The translations under genes were made by a program, and so were the position numbers. A stretch of 63,931 nucleotides of DNA, the filler included, from Hausera hauseri (taxonomy: Eukaryota): NCBI GenBank assembly GCA_046269625.1. It is 10 parts of 10 records of this genome, joined end to end, with 100 filler letters (N's around TTAATTAATTAA, not from the genome) between each part and the next. Parts side by side here need not be neighbours in the genome. Positions count along the whole stretch, not along the records: positions 41,579 to 49,960 come from JBJURY010662107.1; positions 50,061 to 55,092 come from JBJURY010355710.1; positions 55,193 to 59,889 come from JBJURY010471356.1; 7 more parts are not named here. One strand, given 5' to 3'. Positions within the stretch are counted from its first letter, which is position 1; the number at the start of each line of letters is the position of its first letter. The notes beneath the pieces were generated by a model, which worked only from the letters and a program-made list of their open reading frames with translations, was not told the DNA's origin and made no database searches. This document shows positions 47,397-59,889 of the stretch, in pieces.

Positions 47397-48457
47397 ATGA
47401 AACATAGGATGATGAATATTTTAAAGGAAGCAGGCATAGATGATAAAGATCTGAGGATAATTGGAAATCTTTACTGGAACCAGTCAGCAAAATTGAGAAT
47501 TGAGAATGAGCATACAAGGCAAATTGAAATAATGCGAGGTGTAAGGCAGGGTTGTATATTATCACCCATCATATTCAATTTGTACTCAGAAAGAATTTTC
47601 AGTGAGGCTCTGGATGAAATTGAGAAAGGAATATTGATTAATGGAATAAGACTCAATAATATCCGTTATGCAGATGACACAATCGTTTTCTCTGATAATT
47701 TGGAAGATTTACAATTCCTAATGGATCGGATAACGGCATATAGTAATGAATATGGTCTTGACATAAATGTGAAGAAGACGAAACTGATGATTATAAGCAA
47801 AGATAATATAAATGGGTGTCACCTGTATGTCAATCGAGCACCAGTGGAAAGAGTGAAGAGGTATAGCTACCTGGGAACCATCATAAATGAGGAATGGGAT
47901 ATCACTGAGGAAATAAAATCAAGAATAGGAAAGGCCAGATCAGCTTTCAATAGAATGGATGCCCTTTTCAAGAGCAAGAATTTTTCCATAGAAACAAAAA
48001 TAAGAATGCTCAGGTGTTATGTGTTTTCAGTCCTGCTATATGGTGCTGAGTCCTGGACTTTGAATGATGCCATTAGTAGAAGACTTGTTTCATTTGAGAT
48101 GTGGGCATACAGAAGGATGCTGAGGATACCTTGGACTGATCGCATAACAAACATTGAGGTTCTAAGAAGAATGGGGAAAGATATTGAGATAATCACCACC
48201 ATCAAATGCAAAAAGATCCAGTATCTGGGACATGTAATGAGGAACAACGAAAGATATGCTTTATTACAACTGATTCTCCAAGGAAAGATTTTTGGGAAGA
48301 GGGGCCCAGGTAGAAGAAGAATTTCTTGGCTAAAGAACATCCGATCCTGGTGTGGAAAAAGCTCCATAGAAATATTTCGTGCTGTAGTGGATAAAGTGAA
48401 GATCGCCATGTTGATCGCCCACGTTCGTAGCGGACTGGCACAATAAGAAGAAGAAGA
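47397..48457 (+). mobile_element. 5'-truncated RTE-clade LINE (RT C-terminal half)
   Basis: RGVRQGCILSP, NNIRYADD, YLG, VLLYGAESW, FEMWAYRRMLRIPW, GKRGPGRRRISW; (AGA)n tail immediately after the stop. Confidence 0.93.
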
Positions 48458-48673
48458 CTACTGTGACACAAATCTCACAGATATAACACAAGAACAGTCA
48501 AATAGACTTAATAAAGCTCTGAATGCGTGCGTGAGGTTTATATTTGGACTAAAGCGGCATGAACACATATCGCCTTTCTATGACAGATTATCATGGCTCA
48601 GAGCTGATCAAAGAAGGTCAGTTCATCAACTTATTATGCTTTTCAATATCTTTCGTACAAATTCACCCACATA
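48458..48673 (+). mobile_element. L2-type LINE ORF2 C-terminal fragment
   Basis: YCD...RLNKALNACVRFIFGLKRHEHISPFYDRLSWL...NSPTY. Confidence 0.8.
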
Positions 48674-49891
48674 CATCATCATCATCATGAACAAATACGG
48701 TTTAGACTTTTGTTAGCCTGTTCCGTTACAATGGTTATTTATATTAATTATAAAAGTATTGTAAAAATCATAATATTGTATAATATTGAATAAAACTATT
48801 GTATAAAATTTAATTGTATCAAAATTGATCCTTCCATCTCTTCCTCGGCCTACCAACCCGTCTTCTTCCAACTGCCTGGTAATTCCATATGGCTTTTGGT
48901 ATTCTACTGTCTGGCATCCTATCCACATGCTCCTTCCAACTTAATCGGTATTTCCTTATGACTTCCAAAATATTCTCTACTCCTAAACTCTCTCTTATCG
49001 CCTCACTTCGGATGTGATCCCGTAGGGTATATCCAGCAATACTACGCAGAAATCTCATCTCTGACGCCTCTATTCTCTGTTGTTGTTTTGCTGTCAACGT
49101 CCACGTCTCAGAGCCATAAAGCAGTATTGGCCTTGCCATAACCTTGTAAAATTTTATTATGGTCTCTTTCCTTACCTTTCCCTTAAGGGTTCTTCTTATA
49201 GTTCCCAATAGCCGCTGGAATTTATACAGCTTTTGTTCTGCATCTTCGTTTCTCCAGAAGGACAGGTTACACCCCAAATAATTAAATTCACACACCTGCT
49301 CTACAATTTTATCTCCTATTACAATTTTAGTTCTTACTGGTTCTTCCCCAACAAAACCCCATACTTTTGTTTTTTCTGTTGATATTTCTAAGTCAAAGTC
49401 TTTGCCAATACGACTCAATTTATTTACTGCTCGCTGTAAATCATCTTCAGAGCCTGCAAAAACAACCTGGTCATCCGCAAATAGTATAGTATCAAGAGGG
49501 TCGTCAATAATGTTATAATTATTTGTAAGTTCGGCTTGCCACTGGCGAATAGCCTCGTCTAAATATAAATTAAATAGTATGGGTGACAAGGGGCACCCCT
49601 GCCTTACTCCTCGGGCAGTTTCTCTCCATTCTCCTCCTATACTATTGTTTAATTTTATTTTGATTTTCGTATTCTGGTAAAGGCTTTGTACTGATCTGAT
49701 GAGATGGGTGGGGATACCTTTCATTCTCAATACATCCCACATTTTCCTCCTATTCACCCTATCAAAGGCCTTCACATAGTCTATGAAGGCCACGTAAGTT
49801 GGTATATTGTGTTCTCTATGTTTCTCTATTATCTGACTCAGAGTGAAAACGCAATCAGAGTTCGATCTACCCTTCCTGAAGCCACACTGTA
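48674..49891 (-). mobile_element. 5'-truncated RTE-clade LINE
   Basis: QCGFRKGRS, FIDYVKAFD, GVRQGCPLSP, LFADD, LLYGSETW, GRRRVGRPRKRW; 3'UTR ending in a (TGA)n tail at 48674-48688. Confidence 0.93.
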
Positions 49892-50799
49892 ATAATAGCA
49901 TTTATAAAAAATAAAACTTAAATTTATAAATACTGTTGCTGTCTGTTTGGTAAAGTCTTANNNNNNNNNNNNNNNNNNNNNNNNNNNNNNNNNNNNNNNN
50001 NNNNTTAATTAATTAANNNNNNNNNNNNNNNNNNNNNNNNNNNNNNNNNNNNNNNNNNNNATTTTCCTTCGTAACATTCCCTAATTTTCTTAAATTACCT
50101 CCATGTAGATGAAGTCTAACAGATTCGATGAATTGTCTATTTTGATTGCGCCGATAGAAGAGAGGTCTATATGGACCATCTTCCAATGTGATTGTAATAC
50201 ATTGTGCTGGTAATATGAATCTTCGTCCGACGATGATTTCAAAAATAACCATTTTAACAAAATAGAGTGAAAAATTTAACAAAACGCTTAAAGTAAAAAA
50301 GATTTTAGCATAATTCAAGATGAACACAAGAATCAAAAAAGCATTACCGAGTTAAAACTATCAATGGAAGATTCTGATACTGATACTGAATTAATTCGGT
50401 TGGTAGGATCTACATAAGTTTCCGAATTATTTGTAGTATTATTTGTCATATTTATATGCATTTGGGTATGGGAAATAAGATTTATTTTCCCGTGCGGGGT
50501 TCCTGGTCCCCCATCGGGGGCGTCCGCGGGTGGCGGATAGCGGAGCCATCGAGGAGTGGCAACACAGACTCGGTGGTGGGGGGGGAATAAGGAATTTCCT
50601 TTTTCCTCCCCCGTGGACCAAAACCAGCCCCAAGCCAGTGGTGGAAGTTATCGTGCCGAGGGCTGAATGGTACAGGGGAAAATGTGCCGCGAACGATACC
50701 AGCAGAGCACCAGGCGAAACTCTGCTGTATTTAGCCTTCTGCCTGTATGGGGGCTCTGCAGGCAGTGACCGATTAAATCCCCTATTTCTACGGTCATTT

Positions 50800-51789
50800 A
50801 TGGACTATAAAAATTCAAATAAAATAATTAATAAGGCTGGGACCAGTAAGGAACCAGATACGGTGAGAGCCGATTCATCTCTCCTGGTTGGGACTGATTC
50901 TATCGGTGCACAGCAGGGGGGGACCGGAATTTCCGAAGCACCCACTGTAACAGGAGAGATGGAAAAGCTTTCTCATGACATCCTTAGATGTCAAATAGGC
51001 AGACCATCCCTTTCAGGAGCCGCTAAAAGGAGACTGAAAAGGGGGAAAACTGCTAAGGCTCGCGAGAGCAAGGAGATAGACCCCGATTCTCGGAAGAGAA
51101 CCAGGATTGGAGAGTCTACTCCATCATCTGCCGAAAAACCCCAAAAGAAACCGAGAACTACTCATCGAGACTTAGGGGCTAAAAAGACGGCGTACAGGGT
51201 TGCAATTATGAGAAGCAACTTTCCTGTGGGAAAAATTAGTGGAGAGGAAGTAACCTCCACAATACAGACCAGGATACTCGATGAAATGGATAGGGTGCCT
51301 AGAGGGGAGGACCCTCCGAGTCTTCTGGGATGTCACCTGACTGGGGGTGTGCTCTTCTACAACTGTGTGGATGAGCGTACCTACAGTTGGTTAATAGGGG
51401 TGATGGACGGGTGCAACACCACAAAGGACATCACCTATAAGGCTGTAGATGCTGAGTCCATTCCAAAGCCAATTAAAGTGGCCTTAAGGACTCAGGACAA
51501 AGTTACTAAGGATCCATCGAAGTTGCTAGAAAGGATTGGGGCTCGTAACCATGATCTGGCTACCGATGGATGGAAGGTGGTAGGGAGAACCGAGGATTTG
51601 ACCCACACTAGATGGATCATCCTCATAGATAGGGACTCCCTTAACCACATCAAAGAGAAGAATTTTGGGATCTTCAGTGGTCTGGATAATGGCACCATAA
51701 AAGTGCTCTCAGACCCTGAAGATCCTAAAAAGACACCCAAGCGCGGGACCTTGAGTGGATCTACGCAGAAGGTTGTCATTGGAAAGTAA
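50800..51789 (+). CDS. LINE ORF1 (DUF4780-like gag); first ATG at 50800
   Basis: LSGAAKRRLK basic patch, GVLFYNCVDERTYSWL, LLERIGARNHDLATDGWKVV, IDRDSL. Confidence 0.75.
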   Translation: MDYKNSNKIINKAGTSKEPDTVRADSSLLVGTDSIGAQQGGTGISEAPTVTGEMEKLSHDILRCQIGRPSLSGAAKRRLKRGKTAKARESKEIDPDSRKRTRIGESTPSSAEKPQKKPRTTHRDLGAKKTAYRVAIMRSNFPVGKISGEEVTSTIQTRILDEMDRVPRGEDPPSLLGCHLTGGVLFYNCVDERTYSWLIGVMDGCNTTKDITYKAVDAESIPKPIKVALRTQDKVTKDPSKLLERIGARNHDLATDGWKVVGRTEDLTHTRWIILIDRDSLNHIKEKNFGIFSGLDNGTIKVLSDPEDPKKTPKRGTLSGSTQKVVIGK

Positions 51790-52249
51790 GGAGACTCCCA
51801 AGTTGTGGGGAACCCTTAAAACGGAAGAAGGGAGGCTTACTTGAGGGTCTGGTCTAGGAGGGGACCCAAAGAGTGTGAAGGGGGAAGGGGTCCTCTCTAC
51901 AACAAAGGGGACCTCTAGTGATGCCTCACCCACCGAGGAAGAAAGCACGCTAGTGTCCGGGCCGATTGGGGAGCAGACCACGGGGTGGGGTATGTCGGCG
52001 TACCAGCCGGAGACTTAACGCCAATCTGGGACCCTATTTGAAGGCTTCTTTTGAGACTTCGGGGGGACTAGAGAGGCGGTCTCCAAGTGTTGGGGGCCGG
52101 GTATCCCGGCCTGAGGCAATGCGGACCTGGTCCACCTGGGCTTTGGGAGCAAAGGGCATCGAAAAAGAACTTGAGATGCTAAGGTGTCATGGATATCTCT
52201 TTGGCTAAACCAAAGGAATCTGTGATTCGATTCTAAGTTTGGATTCACA

Positions 52250-55092
52250 ATGATCAAGTGTCTCCAAGTAAATTTGCATCATGCGCAAGGATCCACGGCG
52301 ATCCTGTGCAGGGAGATTGAGGCTAGGAGAGTGGATGTGGCCCTGATACAGGAACCGTGGATTGCAGGAACACACAAGGTCAGAGGATTTGGATCCATCA
52401 AAGGAACAATCATCTCACCAAGGGACTGTGGGAAGGTAAGAACTTGCATTTATGTTGGGGAAGGCATTGAGTGCTTTCCATTAACCGGCTTAAATTCAGG
52501 GGATCTGACCGCTGTCAAAATTAAAATACAAATTAATAAAGCGGTGAGGGAGCTGATCATTGCATCAGCATACCTGCCATATGATTCGGCTGAGCCCCCT
52601 CCCACGGAGGAGGTAGTTAACTTGGTGGACTACTGTGAGTCGGAGGGGGTGGGCCTGATCATTGGAATGGATGCGAATTCCCATCACATAGTCTGGGGCA
52701 GCACAAACACAAATAATAGAGGACAGTCTCTTCTAGAATTTGTGAGCAGCCACAGACTGCAAATCTTTAATGAAAAGGGCCTCCATACCTTTTTTAATCA
52801 AAATAGGGAGGAGACCATTGACCTAACCTTGGGTACAATGAATGTGTGTGGCCTTGTCGGGGGTTGGAGGGTTTCGGACGAACCATCCCTGTCGGACCAC
52901 AGGCACATATTGTACGAACTGGGGGTAACTAGAATGGGCATAGAACCATATAGAGACCCTCGAAGAACCAATTGGGCGATCTTTGAAGAAGACATCCAAA
53001 CCCAATTGGGGGATCTCGACAGAGAAATGGATACGGTGTGGGATGTTGAGAGGGCTGTTGACATGGTACAACGGACCATGCTCGACTCCTACCACCGGAA
53101 CTGTCAGCCGAAGGAACCAGGCTCCACAAGACGAGTTCCTTGGTGGAATGAATGCCTGGAAGAACTTCGGAAAAAAACGAGAAGACTCTTTAATAAGAGT
53201 AAAAAGACAGGTCTGTGGACTGAGTATAAAGACACACTTACCCTGTATAATAAGGAACTCCGCAAATCTAAAAGGAAATGCTGGAGGGCCTATAGCGAGA
53301 GCATAGAGGGACAAGCGGAGAGCTGTCGCCTTGCAAAGGTGCTTTCAAAGGAAGGCACACCAAAAATAAGCTCCGTGAGGAGAGAAGATGGCACATACAC
53401 TGGATCTGGAGGGGAGACCCTGAGATCTCTCTTTAGTGTTCACTTTCCGGATTCGGTGGAGGAGCAAAACGATGATGTACTGGACTATGCATCAAGCCAG
53501 CTGAGGAGCAGAGGCAGGCGTTTTGGACTGGCTCGCTCTATTGTTGACCCGGAAAAGGTCGAATGGGCTGTAAACTCATTCGATCCATACAAATCCCCGG
53601 GTCCGGACGGAATTTATCCTGTTTTCTTGCAAAAGAATATGGAGCTGGTAAGGCCGATTCTATGTAGAATCTTTAGAGCCTGCATTGCTCTGGGCTATGT
53701 CCCAACCTCTTGGACACGGATTAGAGCCGTGTTTATCCCAAAACCAGGAAAGGATGACTACTCCATTCCTAAAGCCTATCGACCGATAAGTCTCTCATCC
53801 TTTATGTTAAAAGCCTTAGAGAGGCTGGTTGATAGATATTTGAGGGAGGGAGCATTAAAGGCAAAACCCCTACACAGGTTCCAGTTTGCGTATCAGAGTG
53901 GGAAATCCACAGAGACGGCATTACATTATGTCGTCTCTAGAATTGAATACGCAATGGAACATGGCGAAATAGCTCTTGGAGGCTTTCTCGATGTGGAGGG
54001 AGCGTTTGATCAAACACCCTTCCATATAATCGAAGAGGCCTTATATAAAAGAGGAGTAGATGGGGTGGTGGTGAAGTGGATCAGCTTTATGCTGAGACAC
54101 AGAAACATCTCATCGTCACTCCTAGGTGATACAGTTACGGTCGGAGCGGCCAAAGGGTGCCCTCAGGGAGGGGTGCTATCCCCACTCCTGTGAAACATGG
54201 TGGTCGATGAACTCCTGGCCGAGCTGAATCAAAAAGGATATCCGGCTATGGGATACGCGGATGACATAGTCATCCTTATAAATGGGAAGGTTACTTCAAC
54301 AGTGTACGACCTCATGCAAAAAGCTCTAAATGTAGCTGAGCAATGGTGTACAAAAACGGGGCTAAAGGTTAACCCAAACAAAGCCAAAATTGTTCCATTT
54401 ACAAGAAGGAGAACAATGGTTGGAGCTAAGCCTCTGATTATGTCTGGCAAGAGACTTGAGGAGGCGACGGACGTAAAGTTCCTAGGGGTGGTGATTGATA
54501 AGAAACTAACCTGGGGACCGCACCTTGATTATGCAGTAAACAGGGCCATGAAAACCCTGTTCACTTGCAGAGGTGCCATAGGAAAGACCTGGGGGTTGAG
54601 ACCCAGCTCAGTCCTGTGGATTTATAAGATGATTGTCAGGCCTACTGTTTCATATGGAGCAGTTGTATGGTGGCCTAGATGTGAGCAGGGGAATTGTATT
54701 AAGACCCTGGGAAAAGTACAGAGATTGGCGTGTCTGGCGGCAACGGGGGCCATGAAGTCGGCTCCCACTGACGCGCTGGAGGTCATTCTTGACCTGCCTC
54801 CTCTGCACATCTTTATTAAATATGAGGCTTTTAAAGCCTCATATAGGTTGAAGATAGCGAAGGAGTGGAATATACCCTTCGCCAGATTCAAACACTGTTT
54901 AATTGAGAATTACGCAAATAAACATCCTGCTCTGGCGATGATGTCGGACAGAATGATCACTAGACATCAGTTCGGACGTCGCTTTGTAATTGAGCTACCG
55001 ACCAGAGAAATCTGGAAGGGCCCTCTGAGGCCTGATAGGCGTAAGGGTCTCATTTTGTATACAGATGGCTCCAAAGTAATGGACGGTCTAAT
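52250..55092 (+). pseudogene. LINE ORF2 (APE-RT-RNase H) with one in-frame TGA at 54191-54193
   Basis: QVNLHHA, ALIQEPW, DANSHH..WGS, SDH; YRPISL, GCPQGGVLSPLL*NMVVDELL (the stop replaces the conserved W), GYADD; YTDGSK at the contig end. Confidence 0.93.
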
Positions 55093-55192
55093 NNNNNNNN
55101 NNNNNNNNNNNNNNNNNNNNNNNNNNNNNNNNNNNNTTAATTAATTAANNNNNNNNNNNNNNNNNNNNNNNNNNNNNNNNNNNNNNNNNNNN

Positions 55193-58100
55193 AGATCTGA
55201 CACCTGGATATATCATAACGTTAGCAAATTGGAAAGAGAGCAAACCGTCAAAAGGGAATGGCAGTTTATCCACTGCATAGAGGAAGAGAACCTCGAAATC
55301 TCAAAAGAAAAACAAACTATATTGAACTATCTATTTGACGTGGAAAAATATCGATCTTGTAACCCTACATTACGCCTTGATTTTCACTACTACGATATGA
55401 TGAAATGTGCCGATAACTACTTAGATATTTTAATCAGAAGAAGAACGATCACGGAAGAAGATGTTGTAGAATAAATTAGAAAGCAAATTTAAATAAGCAA
55501 AGAAAAAATATGCAATTAGAATAAGCAATTAGAAAGCAAATCCAGTAAGCAAATTAGAAAATGTTGTACAAATGAATCACAAAATATGAAGCTGCCGTCA
55601 ACAAAGGTCACCGATTGAAAAATTCCTTTAACAAAACTTCTGCGCAAGTGCTTAGACACGATATAATATCCGACTGCAGAAATTGACAGATGGATATAAC
55701 AAGTCCTAAGGGAACTAGGTCTCAATCATAACAATATGCCAGGAAGGATGATTAATTGGATCAAGAGTCAGTACCTGAATCATTTTTAATACCTTAATGA
55801 ATATGAACAACAAAGCTTATTACAACAAATGGTATATCACTTCCATATTAATAATTTTGTCCTAGCACCCGATTTCAATACGAAGAAATCCGAAAATATA
55901 TGATGCAAGTTCGCTTTCACAGTTTAAACCGAAAACGAGACCAACCAAAAGGAATAAAAGTGATCGACGAAGAATTATTTTGTATAATGCAATTAAATGC
56001 CATAGAAATTTACCATCGATGAGTACAGTTACATGATGCAATATTGGATATACTTGCTCAAAAATACGGAGCAAATCACAATGGAGTAATCTATGCCAGA
56101 TGGACCAGTAGAATCACAGCTTACTTAGGACTGACCCATGTTGACCTGTTACAGAATGAAGGGGGTTATTTAACAGATTATTTAATAGACTTACGAGAGG
56201 AAGAAATCCCTGTGACCATAATGCATTGTCTGCAATACCTCACAAAAATACATAAACAAATCACGGACATAAGCAGACATTTAAAAAGAGAAATAAATTT
56301 AGATATTCCATCACAGACAAGGAATCTTGAGCGGAATTAGATAAAAACATAAATAAACTAAGCCAACTTATTTCAAATTCCATGCCAAAAAAGAGCACAT
56401 TACGAGTGAAAATCCTACTGAAGCAGATAATCAACAAAGTACGGTAATCCTTTTGATAAACCATCAAAGTATGAAACCGAAATTCAGTCAAGTAGTACTA
56501 TTTTCATATATATTGGAACTATGCATGACAAACGTATTGGCACAATCCATAGCAAAACTCCGAGGAAATACGGGAAAATTGATGATCGATTACATTAGGC
56601 AGTCCTTTATACGATTGAACTATTCAAAGACTGAGATAGATTTAGGATGGGCAAGAAATACCCTATCAATAAAAACTAATAAGTACACTCCAACAAACCG
56701 TGAGACAGCCCTATATATAATCACAATTACTCTCAATATTCTCACAGTCATCGTGAGTGCAACCTTCTGTAAATGTAAACCCCAATATATATTAGCGATG
56801 TATATGCCAGGTTTATTGACACAAATAACCCCAACACCTCAATCGAAGTCAAATATACTTTCGACCTGCCCTAATGAACGAGAATCACACATCATATTTC
56901 GAAGTCATTCGAAACTACCAGAGAAGACAAAATTCAAACTAAAGGATAACAAACGATTCATGTTCAAGGTTATCTCCATCTACTATAATCCTGAGAAAAA
57001 ATGTTTAATAATAGCATACACAAACAAACAAATAGGAGAGGAAAAAGAAGCACCAATGTTGTTTGAATTACACAGACCCATTTATGTTGCACATTCAGAA
57101 TTAAAAGAGAACAAATGCTGTCGCGTTTCTCAAGGACACACCTACTCCATAGTATTCAAAGCATCAGAACTCATAAGTGGTTAAAGTTACAACACAACTA
57201 TGCGACGAACTATCCTTGTCCCGATAGGCGCAGAAACAATAACCACTATGCCAATAAAAATGAAATCCAAAATGCAAAATATAACAGAGAAAAGCAATAA
57301 AAAATCAGTCGACATTCCATGTCGCCCAGTACCTGAACATGACCAGTCCATAAGCGCAGACGTGAAAAATTCAGTAGGACTCACAGGAATAACACCTCGA
57401 ATAAAGAATACACCTTACATCATAACCTGCACAGTCAAACTACTGAATGAAAAAGATTATAACTTAGAGTATTTTAGCATAACAAGGTCAATGATTTGTA
57501 CACCCGGCGACGATCTACATATACAGTTGACCTTGCAACTACCACTCTCATGTCCCAATACATTTTTCCATAAGCACCACCCATTTCGTCAACCTCGATC
57601 CACCATTGCGCGCATCTTATAATGGTGTACAATTTCTCAAATATATTAAAACAACTCCATTCAACCCATTGCTTTTTTCATTCCACGTAATGACAACTAT
57701 ATCATATTCAATTTTCCTGACCAAATTATACGGTTTCATTTGACGATGCTATCGCCACTTTTTCTCTACTCTTGAACACATCCATCGAGTGTGACAAACT
57801 TAAACCCAGCTACCTCTATTGGGTACAGATAATAGGCCAACTTTATGAGCCGTCCTTCGAACAAAAAAATAACCCTATGTCCCATAACTACAACTGAAGA
57901 TCAACACGCTTTCCATACGAAATCTCAGACAACAATAAGGAAAAGCGAAGTACTAGAAAAAATTAAGTCACCAAATACAATAGCTAATCTAGGCCGCAGA
58001 TCATTATTACTAATGACTATTATATCCCCTGTCGCCATTACAATCATTTTAATACCCGTACTAATCCTATGTATCAGAGGACGCCGGCTCGCTGAAATAC

Positions 58101-59889
58101 GTACCGATGCCCATAAAGTACGATTCTGTAATAGATTAACAAATAAACCTCTTAATTACGATGGCGCAAGGCCAAATATGAGCAGAATTGACTCAAAATT
58201 TCGTCGAATGATTCCACACTTAAGCATATTAGTTTGCTGTATACCAAACTCTTCAACACAACCAACACCAATCCCCCCCAAAAAAATAATGACAAACCTG
58301 CTCCATCAGGTATTACCAGATACATTCTCAGATTTTATGAAATTTTTGAAAAGAAACTCCAAAACAGAACCCTGGGATATCCAAGATATTTCAGCAGGAA
58401 ACCTCTTCATCCAATACAACCATAAAAGGAAGTGCCTACTCATGAAATCTTCCCCCAGCAAAACGAAACAGACGATGTCAAACTTGTGAAGGAAGAATGG
58501 GGAACATTAACGCTTTATAAACGACCAAAAAGAGCGTGTACTTCTACCTCCACTAACAAAGAGAACTGTTGTAAAATTACCCAGGGATCTGTCTATTCGG
58601 TGCAAATACATACATCCGGAAGTAAAGATTTTCCTCACCGAAAATCGGATGATTGAAATAATGATACTCATAGAATAGAAAACCATTAAGCTATCTTTAA
58701 CAGATAATTCACAAGAACAAAAAGAACAAACCAATATCGAAAGATTATTCTTACAAGAATGAATATTTTTAGGTCAACCTAACTATAAGAAACAATGTTT
58801 ATTAGTTGAATGGGATAGAAAATACCGAAAGGAAGAGTAATGCAAATAACCACTCGATACGCCGATACCTCCATCACCAATAACAACATCCATTACTCCA
58901 GAGAACACAACCAGTCAACCTGCATATTTGCATGTTCAGATCAGGAATACTCACTAGTATTCGCCATGTTTTGTCTTGTAAATACTATATGGAGAAGTAT
59001 TGTAAAAGGAATTGAAAGAAAAGCACCAACAATCCCATGCACTCTTGCAATTATAGACAATCAACGAATCAATGCAAAAATATTTTACGAAAACGAAATC
59101 TTAATAGTAGCACCTCAAATTAGCAGAGCACACTACGCCATATCCTGCGTTGTGAAACGTTATAGCGAGGAAGTGTACACCATAGAAATCACAAGTCCAA
59201 GACCCCCGATATCATGTACAAAACATGACAATCGACAAATACTCCTAACACTACAGTTACAATCTTCTTGTCCAAATACCTTTTGGCTGGGTAGTTTTCG
59301 CCCTTCCGTACACAACAAAATTCTTTACCTGACAGCAGGATTACAACAGACCCCAGAACGATTCAAAGTAATTCCATTCAGATCATTGGATATTTATCTT
59401 TAAGTGACATCTGAACGCGAAATGTTCAGTTTATATAATCCTGATTTTATTGTCACATTAGAAAACACCAATGAAGCTTGCTTTCTAATCACCAGTACTT
59501 ACGTTGAATGTAATTATTTAATATCCGATTACCCTTACTTAGCTCATATCCAGCTACCTGCTGCGACCCGTTACGAAAACCCAGAACAGTTGCATTATTG
59601 GATGTTAGTATACTCAAAAGAGGAGTGAATTCACTATTTCGGTTTCCAACACCTGGAGAGATAATGAAAAGAGGGAAATTTATTTTAAAAAATCTACCAC
59701 CCCACCTGAAAACAATCAGACACTGACCATCATATCACCGTAAGTTGAACCAACAAAGCAATCACAAATAGATTATAATATATTCTTGCTAATAGTAATA
59801 GTAGCACCTACCGGCGTAACACTTATCATAACATCAATCCGTGCTATATGCGTGCATAAACGTAAGCATGAGAAAAGAGATATGACCAC
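55193..59889 (+). pseudogene. Decayed cluster or polyprotein of orphan proteins with an internally duplicated Cys-rich ectodomain + TM unit
   Basis: Dense A-rich plus-strand coding; ORFs abut in frame across single stops (57184/57200 and 59403/59404); motifs are duplicated (see findings). Confidence 0.6.

Larger units (their letters stand above)
50488..55092 (+). mobile_element. LOA/R1-type LINE with RNase H, 3' end cut by the contig end
   Basis: Sharp AT-to-GC transition near 50488, structured 5'UTR, ORF1, and an APE-RT-RNase H ORF2. Confidence 0.9.

Noticed and set aside
50530-50799. N-terminal 90-aa extension of LINE ORF1 from a GTG start
   Set aside because: It overlaps the structured 5'UTR; the first ATG at 50800 is the more plausible start.
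54191-54193. Alternative genetic code (TGA=Trp)
   Set aside because: The other Trp codons checked in this ORF are TGG, and decayed contigs show all stop types plus frameshifts.
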